A stretch of 64,000 bases of DNA from Bacteroidia bacterium (GTDB lineage Bacteria > Bacteroidota > Bacteroidia > SpSt-205), in NCBI GenBank assembly GCA_026414975.1, contig JAOAHZ010000001.1:247547-311546 (forward strand). The letters run 5' to 3'. Positions 18,098 through 27,953 of the stretch are shown here, piece by piece. The translations under genes were made by a program, and so were the position numbers. Every line of letters starts with the position of its first letter. Within the stretch, counting starts at the first letter, position 1. The notes below the pieces were generated by a model. That model ran no database searches. It saw nothing but the letters and a program-made list of their open reading frames with translations, and was not told the DNA's origin.

Positions 18098-19552
18098 ATG
18101 TTTGAAAGTCCGATTCGTGAGCCTCTCATCTTAGGGCATAAAACCTACCGCCAGATCACGACTGATCTGGCGTCGCCCATCTTAGGGCCTGCGAGCTGGA
18201 AGTGGTATTTGACTACTGCCTTTACAGCGGCGGTGATGCTCGCTGGCTTTGGAGCCATTGCCTATACCTTATGGGTAGGGATTGGTACGTGGGGACTCAA
18301 TAAAACCGTGGGTTGGGCATTTGATATCACCAACTTCGTCTTCTGGATAGGTATAGGGCATGCAGGCACCCTTATATCGGCGATTCTTCTGCTTTTCCGC
18401 CAACGCTGGCGCATGGCTATAAACCGAGCCGCCGAAGCCATGACTATATTCGCTGTGATTTGTGCTGGTCTTTTCCCCATCATTCATATGGGGCGTCCAT
18501 GGTTGGCGTTCTGGTTCCTCCCCTTGCCAAATACCCACGGTTCTCTATGGGTGAACTTCAACTCCCCCTTGCTTTGGGACGTCTTTGCGATAAGTACCTA
18601 CTTCACTATCTCTCTGCTATTCTGGTACACGGGCCTTATCCCTGATTTAGCGATGGTGCGAGACCGAGCCAAGCCGGGTAGCTTTGCTTACTACGCTTAC
18701 AGCATCCTATCTTTCGGATGGACGGGTAGTGCTAAGCAGTGGCAGCGGTTTGAAGCGGTATCGCTCGTGTTAGCCGGGCTCTCCACCCCGCTCGTTCTCT
18801 CGGTACATTCCATCGTGAGCTTTGACTTCGCTACTTCCATCCTACCGGGGTGGCATACTACTATATTTCCCCCCTATTTCGTCGCAGGGGCGATTTTCTC
18901 GGGATTTGGGATGGTACTTACGCTGATGATCATTACTCGAGAGGTTTTAGACCTCAAGGATTACATCACTTTGGAACATATAGATGCAATGGCCAAAGTT
19001 ACCTTGGCTACTGGGATGATGGTAGGGTTTGCTTACGCCACGGAGTTTTTTATTGCTTGGTATTCGGGTTCTTACTGGGAGCGGTATATCTTCCTCAATC
19101 GGGCTTTTGGTCCTTATTGGTGGTCTTACTGGGCGATGGTAAGCTGCAATCTCTTGATCCCTCAGGTCTTCTGGTTTAAGAAGCTTCGCCGCAGTCCCTG
19201 GTTTGTGTTCGTCATCTCCATCTTCGTAAATATTGGCATGTGGTTTGAGCGCTTCGTTATCATTGTAACATCCCTCCACAGAGATTTTCTCTCCTCCTCA
19301 TGGCGTATGTATACGCCTACTTGGGTAGAGGTTACGATTTTTGTAGGAACCATTGGTCTTTTCCTTACGCTTTATCTGCTTTTCGCTCGGTTTCTACCTG
19401 TTATAGCTGCAGCCGAAACAAAAAGTATCCTAAAAACCTCTGGCGATCAATATGCGGGGCTTTCTTGGGAGGCTTATCAAACTAAGAAGCGCCAAGGAGC
19501 TGCTGCGCCTGCCTTTCAACCTGCCATGGACCCTGATACCCCTCAATCATAA
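18098..19552 (+). CDS. actC: ACIII subunit C, NrfD/PsrC-family quinol-binding membrane subunit
   Basis: FVFWIGIGHAGTLISA, HMGRPW, SVHSIVSFDFA and WHTTIFPPYFVAGAIFSG. Confidence 0.95.
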   Translation: MFESPIREPLILGHKTYRQITTDLASPILGPASWKWYLTTAFTAAVMLAGFGAIAYTLWVGIGTWGLNKTVGWAFDITNFVFWIGIGHAGTLISAILLLFRQRWRMAINRAAEAMTIFAVICAGLFPIIHMGRPWLAFWFLPLPNTHGSLWVNFNSPLLWDVFAISTYFTISLLFWYTGLIPDLAMVRDRAKPGSFAYYAYSILSFGWTGSAKQWQRFEAVSLVLAGLSTPLVLSVHSIVSFDFATSILPGWHTTIFPPYFVAGAIFSGFGMVLTLMIITREVLDLKDYITLEHIDAMAKVTLATGMMVGFAYATEFFIAWYSGSYWERYIFLNRAFGPYWWSYWAMVSCNLLIPQVFWFKKLRRSPWFVFVISIFVNIGMWFERFVIIVTSLHRDFLSSSWRMYTPTWVEVTIFVGTIGLFLTLYLLFARFLPVIAAAETKSILKTSGDQYAGLSWEAYQTKKRQGAAAPAFQPAMDPDTPQS

Positions 19553-19557
19553 GGACT

Positions 19558-20064
19558 ATGGCCAAATATCTGATAGGGTTGTACGACGACGAGGATAAGC
19601 TTCTTTCAGCTGTAGAGGCCTTCCAAAAAGAGGGTATTCCTATTCATGAGGTCTGCACCCCTTTTCCTGTTCATGGACTTGACCATGCCCTTCATCTGAA
19701 AAAATCACGCCTTCCAGATGCAGCTTTTGTTTATGGAGCGATGGGTACCCTTACGGCTCTTTCCATGCAGATATATATGTACACGATTGATTGGCCTATA
19801 AATATTGGTGGTAAGTCCCACCTGCCTTTTCCAAGTTTTATTCCCATAACATTTGAGCTGACGATCTTATTTGCTGGAGTACTGATGTTTTTATCCTATC
19901 TCTTTGTCAATCGCCTCTATCCTGGGCGTAGAGCGCGAGTGTATGACGTTCGTCAGACCGATGATGCCATGGTGATGGCTATCGCTGATGAAAAAGTCTG
20001 GGACCAAGCTCGCGACCTCTTTAGGAAAACTGGGGCTTTTGAAGCCAAAATCGTAGAGCTATGA
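19558..20064 (+). CDS. actD: ACIII subunit D (DUF3341)
   Basis: TPFPVHGLD, WPINIGGK and FIPITFELTILFA; position in the operon. Confidence 0.92.
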   Translation: MAKYLIGLYDDEDKLLSAVEAFQKEGIPIHEVCTPFPVHGLDHALHLKKSRLPDAAFVYGAMGTLTALSMQIYMYTIDWPINIGGKSHLPFPSFIPITFELTILFAGVLMFLSYLFVNRLYPGRRARVYDVRQTDDAMVMAIADEKVWDQARDLFRKTGAFEAKIVEL

Positions 20065-20669
20065 GAGCACATGCCATAATAGGCCCTCTTTCTATTTTCC
20101 TGGTGGTTATAGTCATGAGTGGATGTGCAGCCACCGATCCTCGAGACACGGGGATAGAATACGCTCCCCAGATGTACCACTCTATTCCTTTGGATCCTTA
20201 CTCTCAGACTGACTATTTTGCGTACTCTTCAGATGGAAAGCATGTGAGAGAACCCGTCGCTGGGACCGTCCCTCGGGGTAAAGCGGATTACCTCTATCCC
20301 TTTCCTAATACAAACGAAGGCTATGAGGAAGCCGGCAAAAAGCTCAAAAACCCCCTGTCCAAAACTCCAGAGAATCTCGCCGAAGGCAAAAAGCTCTACG
20401 AATACTACTGCATTCACTGCCACGGAGAGAAGGGGAATGGACTGGGCTCCATCGTACAAGCTGGTAAATACCCACAGGTGCCTTCCTATTACGGTCCACA
20501 GCTTCGGGACCTCCCTGAAGGAAAAATGTTTCATAGTATCACTTACGGGAAGAACTTAATGGGCTCTCATGCCTCTCAGCTTACCCCCGAAGAGCGATGG
20601 AAAGTCATTCTGTATGTCCAAGAACTGCGTGCCAAAGGCCTTGCTGAAGAAGCTCAATCCAAAAACTAA
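20061..20669 (+). CDS. actE: ACIII subunit E, monoheme cytochrome c lipoprotein
   Basis: Lipobox MSG|C, PVAGTVPRG, CIHCHG and MGSHASQL. Confidence 0.92.
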   Translation: MRAHAIIGPLSIFLVVIVMSGCAATDPRDTGIEYAPQMYHSIPLDPYSQTDYFAYSSDGKHVREPVAGTVPRGKADYLYPFPNTNEGYEEAGKKLKNPLSKTPENLAEGKKLYEYYCIHCHGEKGNGLGSIVQAGKYPQVPSYYGPQLRDLPEGKMFHSITYGKNLMGSHASQLTPEERWKVILYVQELRAKGLAEEAQSKN

Positions 20670-20685
20670 AACTCCATAACTACCT

Positions 20686-21954
20686 ATGGCTCACGAATCT
20701 TCTCATACAATCAACTGGAAGGAGCGATTTACCCTTCCTCCTCATCTCCGCAGGATTCTGGTATATGCCTTCCTAATAGGCGTAGCCTTGATAGGGGTAG
20801 GTCTTTACCAGGCTTTTGCGGTGCATCATTCGGAGCACCATGGTCACCATGCGGCTCCTTGGCTTAGTCGCCTCTCGGCAAATCTCCTTATCACCTCCAT
20901 GTACGCCTTAGGGGTGAGTGTGCTCTCTATGTTTTTTATGGCGGTAGGTTATGCGGCTAATGCAGGATGGTACGTCCTCCTCCAACGCATACCTCAATCC
21001 TTTGCTCGGCTTTTGCCTTGGACAGCGGGCCTCTTAGCCGTCGTAGTCGTGTCTTTCTCAGGGGTGCTTTATGAATGGACGCATGCGGATGTTGTGGCGA
21101 AAGATGAAATACTCCAGCATAAAAGCGGCTATCTGAATCTCCCCTTCTTCATAGTTAGGCTTGTCATCATTCTTGGGGGGTGGCTGCTGTTTTGGCGGGG
21201 TTTTGTTTGGAACTGGGAGCAGCTGGATGAGACAGGGCAGGTACGCTACTTTCATAACCTTCGCCGTTTAGCGGCAGGCTTTATTGTATTCTTCGCTCTG
21301 AGCTGGTCAGTGGGTAGCTGGGATTGGCTCATGAGCACTTCTCCGCACTGGTTCAGTACCATGTTTGCTGTTTACAATTTCGCCAATCTCTGGATTACGA
21401 CCTTATGCTTTATCACCCTTGCTGCTGTCGTCCTCAAGCTCAATGGATTTTTATCGGGCGTCAATGACAGTCACATCCATGATTTAGGGAAGTTTGTGTT
21501 TGCATTCAGCATCTTTTGGACCTATATATTTTATGGTCAGTTCATGCTGATCTGGTATGCCAACATTCCGGAAGAGACCTTCTGGTTTTATGAGCGAATC
21601 CGAGCTCATGTCAATCCCCAGTATGTGCCTATCTTTTATCTCACGATTGTCTTGAATTTTCTTCTGCCGCTGCTGGGGCTTATGAGCGCAAGCATAAAGC
21701 GAAATTATGCGTGGCTGGGGATTGTGTCGGGGACGCTCCTTTTTACCCACTGGCTGGATACCTTTATGGTTGTTATGCCCTCTGTGGCGGGCAAGGCAGG
21801 GGGGCTTGGTCCAATGGAGATAGGGTTCTTCCTTGTAGGCGTGGCCGGAATCCTGTGGCAAGGGGCTCGCTATTTAGAAAACGCTCCCGCTCTCATGGCT
21901 CGGAATCACCCATACCTGGAAGAGAGCGTACATCACAGCTACGAGCCTATTTAG
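20686..21954 (+). CDS. actF: ACIII subunit F, membrane subunit
   Basis: About 10 TM helices; WDWLMSTSPHWFSTMF, HDLGKFVFAFSIFWTY and LIWYANIPEET. Confidence 0.92.
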   Translation: MAHESSHTINWKERFTLPPHLRRILVYAFLIGVALIGVGLYQAFAVHHSEHHGHHAAPWLSRLSANLLITSMYALGVSVLSMFFMAVGYAANAGWYVLLQRIPQSFARLLPWTAGLLAVVVVSFSGVLYEWTHADVVAKDEILQHKSGYLNLPFFIVRLVIILGGWLLFWRGFVWNWEQLDETGQVRYFHNLRRLAAGFIVFFALSWSVGSWDWLMSTSPHWFSTMFAVYNFANLWITTLCFITLAAVVLKLNGFLSGVNDSHIHDLGKFVFAFSIFWTYIFYGQFMLIWYANIPEETFWFYERIRAHVNPQYVPIFYLTIVLNFLLPLLGLMSASIKRNYAWLGIVSGTLLFTHWLDTFMVVMPSVAGKAGGLGPMEIGFFLVGVAGILWQGARYLENAPALMARNHPYLEESVHHSYEPI

Positions 21955-21993
21955 ACAACGGTCTACTAAGGCAGACCATAGGGCTCTTCGGCT

Positions 21994-22001
21994 TATTTTT
22001 G
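21994..22001 (+). promoter_or_regulatory. -7 promoter box (TATTTTTG)
   Basis: Exact TAnnTTTG match 4 nt upstream of ATG 22006. Confidence 0.6.
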
Positions 22002-22005
22002 CCGC

Positions 22006-23115
22006 ATGCGGTACTGGATTATCGCTATCGCCACTTTTTTGTGGGCTCAGCCTGATCCGCAGTCCAAGGAAGAGCTGAATCGCAACATCCGATTTTATCG
22101 GAGCATCGCTCGCCGCACAGGGGCTTTTCGCACGAAAGCTCTGCCTAAGCTCAATGGCATCCGCTGGCAGCTCAAGATTCAGAATGGCGTATCTGAAACC
22201 TCGGCCCCTGTGGCCGCTGGTATGCGCGTATTCGTAGGGGGGAAGGATAAGAATATGTACGCCATCAACCTCTCAGATGGAAAAATTTTCTGGAAATATA
22301 CCACTGGGGATTATGTGGCCTGCCCAGCAGCTTACTACGAGGGAAAAGTCTACTTCGGCAGCGACGATGGATACTTTTATGCTCTGGAGGAAAGCAAAAA
22401 GGAACTCTGGCGCTTCCAAACGAACGCTGCAGTCCAGTCTCCCCCTGCTATCACAGGCGATGTTATCGTTTTCGGCAGTCATGACTACAATGTGTATGCT
22501 TTAGATAGAAATACAGGTGAAAAGCGTTGGGAGTACACTACGGGGCGTGTCGTTCAATCTGGGCCCGCCATCGCAGAAGGAGTCGTTTACGTGGGGTCAG
22601 ACGACTACAACCTTTATGCCTTGTCGCTTAGCGACGGGAAACTTCTATGGCAGTTCCGTACTGAAAATGAGGTGAATACTACACCTATCGTGTCTAAAGG
22701 GATAGTCTTTTTCGGTAGTGATGATGGGAACTTGTATGCTGTAGATGCTAAATCAGGCCGAGAGCTTTGGCGCTTTAGCACGGCTGGTAAAGTAACAGCG
22801 TCTCCAGCCTTAGCGGAGGATATAGATGTGATATTTGTAGCCAGCGAATCCGGCCTTTTAGCTGCATTAGATAGCAAGACAGGGCAAGAAAAATGGACTT
22901 TTCGCATTAAGGGAACTTTCAAAGCCTCCCCGGCTCTGGCAGAAGGATTTCTGTACATAGGAGCCATGGATGGGCAGTTTTATGCCATAGAAATACCTAC
23001 AGGTAAGGTTGCTTGGAAGACTAAGCTGGATGCACCGATTCAAGCGGCAGCTCATGTTTTAGACGGCTCGGTGTATGTATTGACCACGGCGGGCACTTTA
23101 TATGCGCTGCATTGA
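22006..23115 (+). CDS. PQQ-like repeat beta-propeller (BamB-like), exported
   Basis: About 8 repeats of V[YF]xGSxDxxxYAL...G..W; signal ...FLWA|Q. Confidence 0.85.
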   Translation: MRYWIIAIATFLWAQPDPQSKEELNRNIRFYRSIARRTGAFRTKALPKLNGIRWQLKIQNGVSETSAPVAAGMRVFVGGKDKNMYAINLSDGKIFWKYTTGDYVACPAAYYEGKVYFGSDDGYFYALEESKKELWRFQTNAAVQSPPAITGDVIVFGSHDYNVYALDRNTGEKRWEYTTGRVVQSGPAIAEGVVYVGSDDYNLYALSLSDGKLLWQFRTENEVNTTPIVSKGIVFFGSDDGNLYAVDAKSGRELWRFSTAGKVTASPALAEDIDVIFVASESGLLAALDSKTGQEKWTFRIKGTFKASPALAEGFLYIGAMDGQFYAIEIPTGKVAWKTKLDAPIQAAAHVLDGSVYVLTTAGTLYALH

Positions 23116-24013
23116 GGGTCTATTGGTATTTTGGAATCTACTTATGGCACAGCCAATAGCGATCGCCGTACACGGAGGGGCTGGAGCTATTACACCTCAA
23201 AATCTATCGCCCAGCAAAGCCCAAGAAATAGAAACTTATCTCCGTTCTGTCGTAGAAGAAGCCTATCAGTTGTTGGAGCAAGGGCGCATGGCATTGGAAG
23301 TGGTGGAAGTCGCTGTGCGTCGCTTAGAAGACGCAGGCTACTTCAATGCTGGACGAGGTGCTGTCCTAAATGAGAAAGGCTTTGCGGAGCTGGACGCCGC
23401 CATCATGGATGGAAAGACGCGACGAGTAGGGGCGGTAGCGGCGACTCGCTCAGTTCAAAATCCCGTTACGCTGGCGCGTCTGATCATGGAGCGAACAGAG
23501 CATGTTCTGATAGTGGGAGAGGGAGCGGACAGCTTAGCTAAGCTCTGGGAGCTTCCTCCTCTACGGAATCAAGACATGTCTCAGCCAGAGGTTATCTGGA
23601 CCCAGGGCACTGTTGGAGCCGTAGCTCTGGATAAATACGGTAACCTTGCCGCAGCTACCTCTACAGGGGGTATAGCTCGTAAAAGGCTCGGACGCGTAGG
23701 GGATTCTCCTATTATCGGTGCAGGTACGTATGCCGAAAATGGGCTCGTTGCCTTGTCGGCTACAGGACATGGAGAGTACTTTGTCCGGAGTGTGTTAGCG
23801 TATGATATCGCTGCCCGCCTGCGATACGCCCGTTTATCCCTAAAAGAAGCGATTCAACAAGCCTTCAAAGAACGCTTGGAGCCTATTGGCGGTACGGGAG
23901 GGGTCATTGCTGTTTCGCCTCAGGGGGAGGTGGCTTTCTACTTCAATACCCCTGGGATGTATCGGGCAGGTAAAGATGCCCAAGGACACCTCAGTGTGGG
24001 CCTTTTCCGATGA
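23102..24013 (+). CDS. iaaA: Isoaspartyl peptidase / L-asparaginase (Ntn hydrolase)
   Basis: HGGAG, FNAGRGAV, G|TVGAVALD autocleavage Thr, GRVGDSP and SATGHGE. Confidence 0.92.
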   Translation: MRCIEGLLVFWNLLMAQPIAIAVHGGAGAITPQNLSPSKAQEIETYLRSVVEEAYQLLEQGRMALEVVEVAVRRLEDAGYFNAGRGAVLNEKGFAELDAAIMDGKTRRVGAVAATRSVQNPVTLARLIMERTEHVLIVGEGADSLAKLWELPPLRNQDMSQPEVIWTQGTVGAVALDKYGNLAAATSTGGIARKRLGRVGDSPIIGAGTYAENGLVALSATGHGEYFVRSVLAYDIAARLRYARLSLKEAIQQAFKERLEPIGGTGGVIAVSPQGEVAFYFNTPGMYRAGKDAQGHLSVGLFR

Positions 24014-25689
24014 GCCCTTCTCTACCTGGATGGGTGCAGGAGTTGGCTCGCCAGTATTACGCAGGGCGTACTGTGCTGTTCATCCTCCACGGAAATATCC
24101 ACGACTATGTATGGAGTGAGGGCAAGGCTTACACACCTCGAGAGTTTTACGCTTCTGTACTCTTCAGGCGGAGAGACTTACTCTTTTTTTACAATCGGGC
24201 TTCTGGTCTCTTGCCGAGGGATGCGACCTCTCAACGAGACCTGAATGAGTTCCTCCGAGACTCTATATCAGTGCCTCGGTCGCCTGCTGAGCTTTTTCCT
24301 CTTCTTTATCAGTACTTTCAGCGAAGGCTCAAGGATCGCCGTCGATTAGCCCTGATTATAGAGTTTGCCGAAACGCTGGTTCCAAACGCTGGGGGATACT
24401 CTTCAGCCGAAGAGCGCATCACTCTGCTTCACCTCCTTCAGTGGGCGCAATCTCCCCTCTTTTTACAGTCCGATATTACTGTGCTTTTGCTGACTGAGAG
24501 TCTAAATGAGTTGCATCCCAAGCTGGTATCTAATCCCCACCTTTCAGCTATCCGCATCCCTTACCCCATGGTGGAGGAGCGTCGAGCTTTTATAAGCGCT
24601 CAGTGGGAGAGTCGCCCTCTGCTACAAGAACGGCTCCAGAATCAAACCCTTGAGTCCCTTACGATAGCTTTGGGCGGACTTACGCTTGTTCAGATAGAGA
24701 AGCTCTTAGCCGAAATCGCCGAGAGTCCGACCCCGTGGACTGAAGCTCAGGTCATAGAGCGTAAGAAGCAGCTCGTAGAGGCTCAAGCTGGGGGCCTCTT
24801 AGAGTTTATGAGCACTCACCTTACCTTGGATGCGGTTGCGGGACACCATGCAGCTAAAACCTACCTCCGACAGGTGGCCCAGGCTTTGAAGAGGGGTCAT
24901 ACCGCTGTGATTCCTATGGGTTTCCTTATTACAGGACCCGTGGGCACGGGCAAAACCTTCCTTCTTCGTTGTTTCGCCGGCGAGATAGGCATGCCGATGG
25001 TTCAGCTCAAGAATTTCCGCTCCAAATGGGTGGGAGAGACCGAAGCGAATCTGGATCGGATATTGTCTTTGCTGGAAGCCTTGGCGCCGGTAGCAGTAGT
25101 GATAGATGAAGCGGATACCCAGCTTGGAGGACGAGAGCGTGAAGGCGATGGAGGAGTGAGCGCTCGCGTCTTCGGACGCATGGCTCACTTTATGAGCGAC
25201 CCGCGTCATCGCGGTCGCATTTTATGGTTTTTAGCCACAGCCCGTCCAGACCTCCTTCCTGTTGATCTCAAACGGCAAGGGCGAGCTGAGGAACACATCC
25301 CTCTTTTCCCGCCTACCACTCCTCAGGAAAAAAAGGAAGTAGTAGAAGCCCTCGCAAGGCGACTGGGCATAGGCGGTCTGACTTTCCCTCAGGAACCCGA
25401 GCTCTGGGAAAAGCTGCCTGCCTTCTCTGGAGCTGAATGGGAAGCGGTGCTTACCCGAGCCCGCCTTCTGGCTGTCGCTATGGGGGCGCCTCAAGTGGAT
25501 TGGTCTCATATAGAAGCGGCTTTAGAGGACTTTCTTCCCCCTAGCTACCCAGAGGAAGTCGCTTACATGACTTACCTTGCTGTCTTGGAATGCACTCGTC
25601 GCAGCCTGCTTCCACCCATCTATCAGAATAAGACAAGAGAAGAGCTTTTCGCTCACCTTGAAAACTTGAAGGTGCGGATGAGAGGATGA
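24010..25689 (+). CDS. Classical-clade AAA+ ATPase with a probably inactive N-terminal AAA-like domain
   Basis: Walker A GPVGTGKT, pore loop SKWVGE, Walker B VVIDEAD and SRH ATARPDLLPVDLKRQGR. Confidence 0.85.
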   Translation: MSPSLPGWVQELARQYYAGRTVLFILHGNIHDYVWSEGKAYTPREFYASVLFRRRDLLFFYNRASGLLPRDATSQRDLNEFLRDSISVPRSPAELFPLLYQYFQRRLKDRRRLALIIEFAETLVPNAGGYSSAEERITLLHLLQWAQSPLFLQSDITVLLLTESLNELHPKLVSNPHLSAIRIPYPMVEERRAFISAQWESRPLLQERLQNQTLESLTIALGGLTLVQIEKLLAEIAESPTPWTEAQVIERKKQLVEAQAGGLLEFMSTHLTLDAVAGHHAAKTYLRQVAQALKRGHTAVIPMGFLITGPVGTGKTFLLRCFAGEIGMPMVQLKNFRSKWVGETEANLDRILSLLEALAPVAVVIDEADTQLGGREREGDGGVSARVFGRMAHFMSDPRHRGRILWFLATARPDLLPVDLKRQGRAEEHIPLFPPTTPQEKKEVVEALARRLGIGGLTFPQEPELWEKLPAFSGAEWEAVLTRARLLAVAMGAPQVDWSHIEAALEDFLPPSYPEEVAYMTYLAVLECTRRSLLPPIYQNKTREELFAHLENLKVRMRG

Positions 25690-26020
25690 AGAAGTAAGTC
25701 CTACCAACCGAGAAGCCCATAACAGCTTCGGGGTAAGGTAGGGCTTCAACCTGGATATTCTTCTCATGCCGCAGTTCAGCTTGGGCTTCGGAGAAATCTA
25801 CCCTAACTGAACCAAGCCAAGGGGAATGTATGTCTCTGCCTACAAGATGGCGTTGCCGCTGAGGGGAAGAAGGGTAAATTTCCTATGGATTTGAGTCAAG
25901 ATTTTTCCAGCGACTCAGGGTTGAATCCAGTTGGTCTGGATGGAAGGCAGGGGATTGTCTGGGCTAAGAAAGGCGTAAAAGGCTTGCTGGGCAAGTGGTA
26001 CCTGGCTTGGGAGATAGAGT

Positions 26021-26028
26021 TATCTTTG
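26021..26028 (+). promoter_or_regulatory. -7 promoter box (TATCTTTG)
   Basis: Lies 21 nt upstream of ATG 26050, supporting that start over 25885. Confidence 0.55.
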
Positions 26029-26049
26029 CAAGGGTATTCGTTATCCCGT

Positions 26050-27303
26050 ATGCAGCTACCATCGGCACAAACTCTGAATCAGCTTCTCTCTCAGTTGGCT
26101 ACTAACTTAGCTCAGTATGAAGCTAATGAAGCCTCCCTGCGAGAACGGTTGGGGGCCCTAGAGCGAGAGCTCAAAGACCGTGGACTGATACTTGACCGCT
26201 TTGCCATAATCAGCGAGACAGACACTCGAGGCATCATTACTTACGCCAATTCCAAGTTTTGCGAAGTATCTGGCTTTACATTAGATGAGCTGCTGGGTCG
26301 GCCCCATAACATTGTGCGGCACCCCGATATGCCGAAAGAAGTCTTCAAGGAGCTATGGGATACCATAAAAGCGGGTCGAATCTGGCAAGGAGAAATCAAG
26401 AATCGGCGCAAAGATGGTAGAGCATACTGGGTGTTAGCAACTGTCGGTCCGTTGTTAGACGCCGAAGGCTACCCGTTTCGGTATGTCTCTATGCGAGTGG
26501 ACATCACCCGCCAGAAAGAATTAGAGGAGCAGCTACGTGTGGAGCGGAACCAGCTTGCCCTTGATCTTTTCTCCAACTTAGAACTTGCTCATGCCATACA
26601 GCTTGCCCTACTGCCCTTTGCTCCAGAGGGAGAGACTAAGATTGAACTGCCGCATTTTGTCGTCTGGAAGCCTCTACAGATTGTAAGTGGAGACTTTTTC
26701 TGGGCTCATGAAGAAAAGGGGCGTCTGCTTATTTTCGTGGGTGATAGTGTAGGACATGGCATGGCAGGTGGGTTGGTGAGTGCCTTATTTCTTCAAGAGC
26801 TGCGTCATCAGGTGATAGAACGCGGTATATGGAGTCCAGAGCGACTTGCCGAAGAGCTGGATGAAAGGCTCAGCTATCTTTTCCGCCGGAAGTTGCCTAT
26901 ACCTGTAACCGTGGACGGAACTATTCTGCTTATAGATCGCATCCGATTGAAGCTTTCTTACGTCTCTCTTCGCGGAAAGGGCTTTATAGCGAGACAAGGT
27001 GAGCTAATCCCTTTGGAGCGATATCCTTTTAGCTTTGGAGACTTGCTCGGGCAGACAGCCCAGGAGCATACCATTCCCCTTGAGCCTACGGATTACCTGT
27101 ATGTGTATAGTGATGGTATTGCCGATCAGCAGGATGAAGAGGGTAAAAAGTTTGGCACCAAGCGGGTGGAAGCCCTTCTCTCAGAGCTGATGCGCCAACC
27201 CTTTGATAGGCAAAAGGAGTATTTAGAGCGTGCCCTTCGGGCATGGCAAGGTAATGCACCGCAAACGGATGACATGCTCTTTTTAGGACTTGGCTTGGCC
27301 TAG
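26050..27303 (+). CDS. Cytoplasmic PAS (Aer/NifL-like) plus SpoIIE/PP2C phosphatase
   Basis: PAS GIITYANSKFCEVSG...PHNIVRHPDMP...EIKNRRKDG..YWV; PP2C SGDFFW, GDSVGHG, YSDG and QTDD. Confidence 0.85.
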   Translation: MQLPSAQTLNQLLSQLATNLAQYEANEASLRERLGALERELKDRGLILDRFAIISETDTRGIITYANSKFCEVSGFTLDELLGRPHNIVRHPDMPKEVFKELWDTIKAGRIWQGEIKNRRKDGRAYWVLATVGPLLDAEGYPFRYVSMRVDITRQKELEEQLRVERNQLALDLFSNLELAHAIQLALLPFAPEGETKIELPHFVVWKPLQIVSGDFFWAHEEKGRLLIFVGDSVGHGMAGGLVSALFLQELRHQVIERGIWSPERLAEELDERLSYLFRRKLPIPVTVDGTILLIDRIRLKLSYVSLRGKGFIARQGELIPLERYPFSFGDLLGQTAQEHTIPLEPTDYLYVYSDGIADQQDEEGKKFGTKRVEALLSELMRQPFDRQKEYLERALRAWQGNAPQTDDMLFLGLGLA

Positions 27304-27953
27304 TGAGTGTTGATCGGACTGTTTGGCTGCTCACACCGAGTCGGCTGGAAGCTGAGGCTATCCGACCAGCCGCCCATCCCTACGCAGTTCAATATACGGG
27401 TGTAGGAGCTTTGGCTACCCTGCATACCCTCTGGAGGCGTTACTTTACAGAACAGCCAGTAGCCTTGAGTCTTATTGTAATTGGCATCGCAGGCAGCTAT
27501 AATGGCAAACACCCCTTGGGCTCAATAGTCTATGTTGAAAAAGAAATCTGGGGTGATTTAGGAAGGCGATATAGCCGTCGATTTATACCGACCCCTGAAT
27601 GGCTGCGGGATGGATTTCCCTTAGAATGGATGGCGCCGCCTTCTCCTTTATCCCTGGCTCGGGGTATCGGCCTTACTTTACACGCTCTTAGCGCTAATCG
27701 GCGCGAAGCCCGTTATTGGAGCCGTTCCTATCCAGAGGCGACGATAGAAACACAGGAGGGTGCTGCCTTTTATCTATTCGGACACGCTGTGGGGGCCCCT
27801 GTTTATACTTTCCGGGCCATATCTAATCAGGTAGGGCATCGGCGTTGGGAAAGGGAGGCAGCCTTAGACTCACTTGCTACCTTTACGAGAAATAATGTGG
27901 TACCTCTATGCGAACGGTTACTGGCTGGAGACTCTTCCGCCCACCCGAGGTGA
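27303..27953 (+). CDS. mqnB: Futalosine hydrolase-like nucleosidase (PNP/UDP family)
   Basis: TGVG, IGIAGSY, ETQEGAAF and RAISNQVG motifs. GTG start overlaps the upstream stop. Confidence 0.7.
   Translation: MSVDRTVWLLTPSRLEAEAIRPAAHPYAVQYTGVGALATLHTLWRRYFTEQPVALSLIVIGIAGSYNGKHPLGSIVYVEKEIWGDLGRRYSRRFIPTPEWLRDGFPLEWMAPPSPLSLARGIGLTLHALSANRREARYWSRSYPEATIETQEGAAFYLFGHAVGAPVYTFRAISNQVGHRRWEREAALDSLATFTRNNVVPLCERLLAGDSSAHPR

Noticed and set aside
25885..26049. N-terminal extension of the PAS-PP2C ORF, and similar extensions at 2636, 36701, 36942, 37348, 38943, 48663, 55163 and 60228
   Set aside because: Longest-ORF artefacts. Promoter boxes, family N-termini or stop/start overlaps support the downstream starts.
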